30,298 nucleotides of DNA, from IMG/VR virus record IMGVR_UViG_648276648_000002; one strand, written 5' to 3'. Each line of letters begins with the position of its first letter. Positions within the stretch are counted from its first letter, which is position 1. The notes below the pieces were generated by a model that worked only from the letters and a program-made list of their open reading frames with translations, ran no database searches and was not told where the DNA came from. Positions 29,837 to 30,298 of this stretch are shown in pieces. Made by a program: the position numbers and the translations under genes. The DNA comes from a virus (Duplodnaviria; Heunggongvirae; Uroviricota; Caudoviricetes).

Positions 29837-30298
29837 ATGACACAGGCAGAATCAGCGATTCTGGCGCACGCCCGGCGATGTGCGCCAGCGGAGTCGTGCG
29901 GCTTCGTGGTAAGCACGCCGGAGGGGGAAAGATATTTCCCCTGCGTGAATATCTCCGGTGAGCCGGAGGCGTATTTCCGTATGTCGCCGGAAGACTGGCT
30001 GCAGGCAGAAATGCAGGGTGAGATTGTGGCGCTGGTCCACAGCCACCCCGGTGGTCTGCCCTGGCTGAGTGAGGCCGACCGGCGGCTGCAGGTGCAGAGT
30101 GATTTGCCGTGGTGGCTGGTCTGCCGGGGGACGATTCATAAGTTCCGCTGTGTGCCGCATCTCACCGGGCGGCGCTTTGAGCACGGGGTGACGGACTGTT
30201 ACACGCTGTTCCGGGATGCTTATCATCTGGCGGGGATTGAGATGCCGGATTTTCATCGCGAGGATGACTGGTGGCGTCACGGTCAGAATCTCTATCTG
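29837..30298 (+). CDS. K: Tail assembly protein K (JAB/MPN plus NlpC/P60), N-terminal 154 codons; truncated by the window end
   Basis: ATG at 29837; MTQAESAILAHARRCAPAESCGFVVSTPEGERYF... with HSHPGG motif; open to the last base. Confidence 0.85.
   Translation, partial: MTQAESAILAHARRCAPAESCGFVVSTPEGERYFPCVNISGEPEAYFRMSPEDWLQAEMQGEIVALVHSHPGGLPWLSEADRRLQVQSDLPWWLVCRGTIHKFRCVPHLTGRRFEHGVTDCYTLFRDAYHLAGIEMPDFHREDDWWRHGQNLYL

Noticed and set aside
26279-29843. Many minus-strand and alternative-frame ORFs within H, M and L (for example 26804-27382, 27422-27952, 27898-28416, 28400-29065, 29031-29843)
   Set aside because: Inside a GC-rich tape-measure gene; Arg/Pro/Ala-rich translations; no signals; the plus-strand genes are fully accounted for.

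Overview
This window is the interior of a mosaic lambdoid prophage from an E. coli-like enterobacterium, read from the integrase end to the tail genes. All calls are from reading the sequence and recalled protein families; no database search was run. Left to right: a partial IS2 (1-354) inserted into a Rac-type integrase gene; a leftward early operon xis, then YfdT/YfdS/YfdR(HD nucleotidase)/YfdQ/YfdP-like genes (544-3490); a GC-rich, hairpin-dense ~470-bp noncoding block (3491-3959); an AT-rich 173-aa coiled-coil plus Cys4 zinc-ribbon ORF with its own terminator (3960-4546), sitting where lambda carries rexAB; an immunity region with an S24/LexA-like cI, cro and a CII/YdaT-like gene, flanked by CTAAC-N4-CTTAG operators; an O-like initiator with internal iterons; nin-type genes (PerC-like regulator, Dam-like methyltransferase, LexA-DBD-like, RusA, KilA-N, DUF968, 82-type Q); an intact NmpC/Lc-type porin between Q and lysis; a pinholin / SAR-endolysin / Rz-Rz1 cassette, bor and a ylcI-like gene; then cos and a head/tail module (Nu1 through K, cut by the window end) that is colinear with phage lambda gene for gene. 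No tRNA, rRNA or CRISPR array was seen. The best candidate for something undescribed is the zinc-ribbon ORF together with the structured GC-rich block beside it; its function is unknown and I could not assign it to any family.
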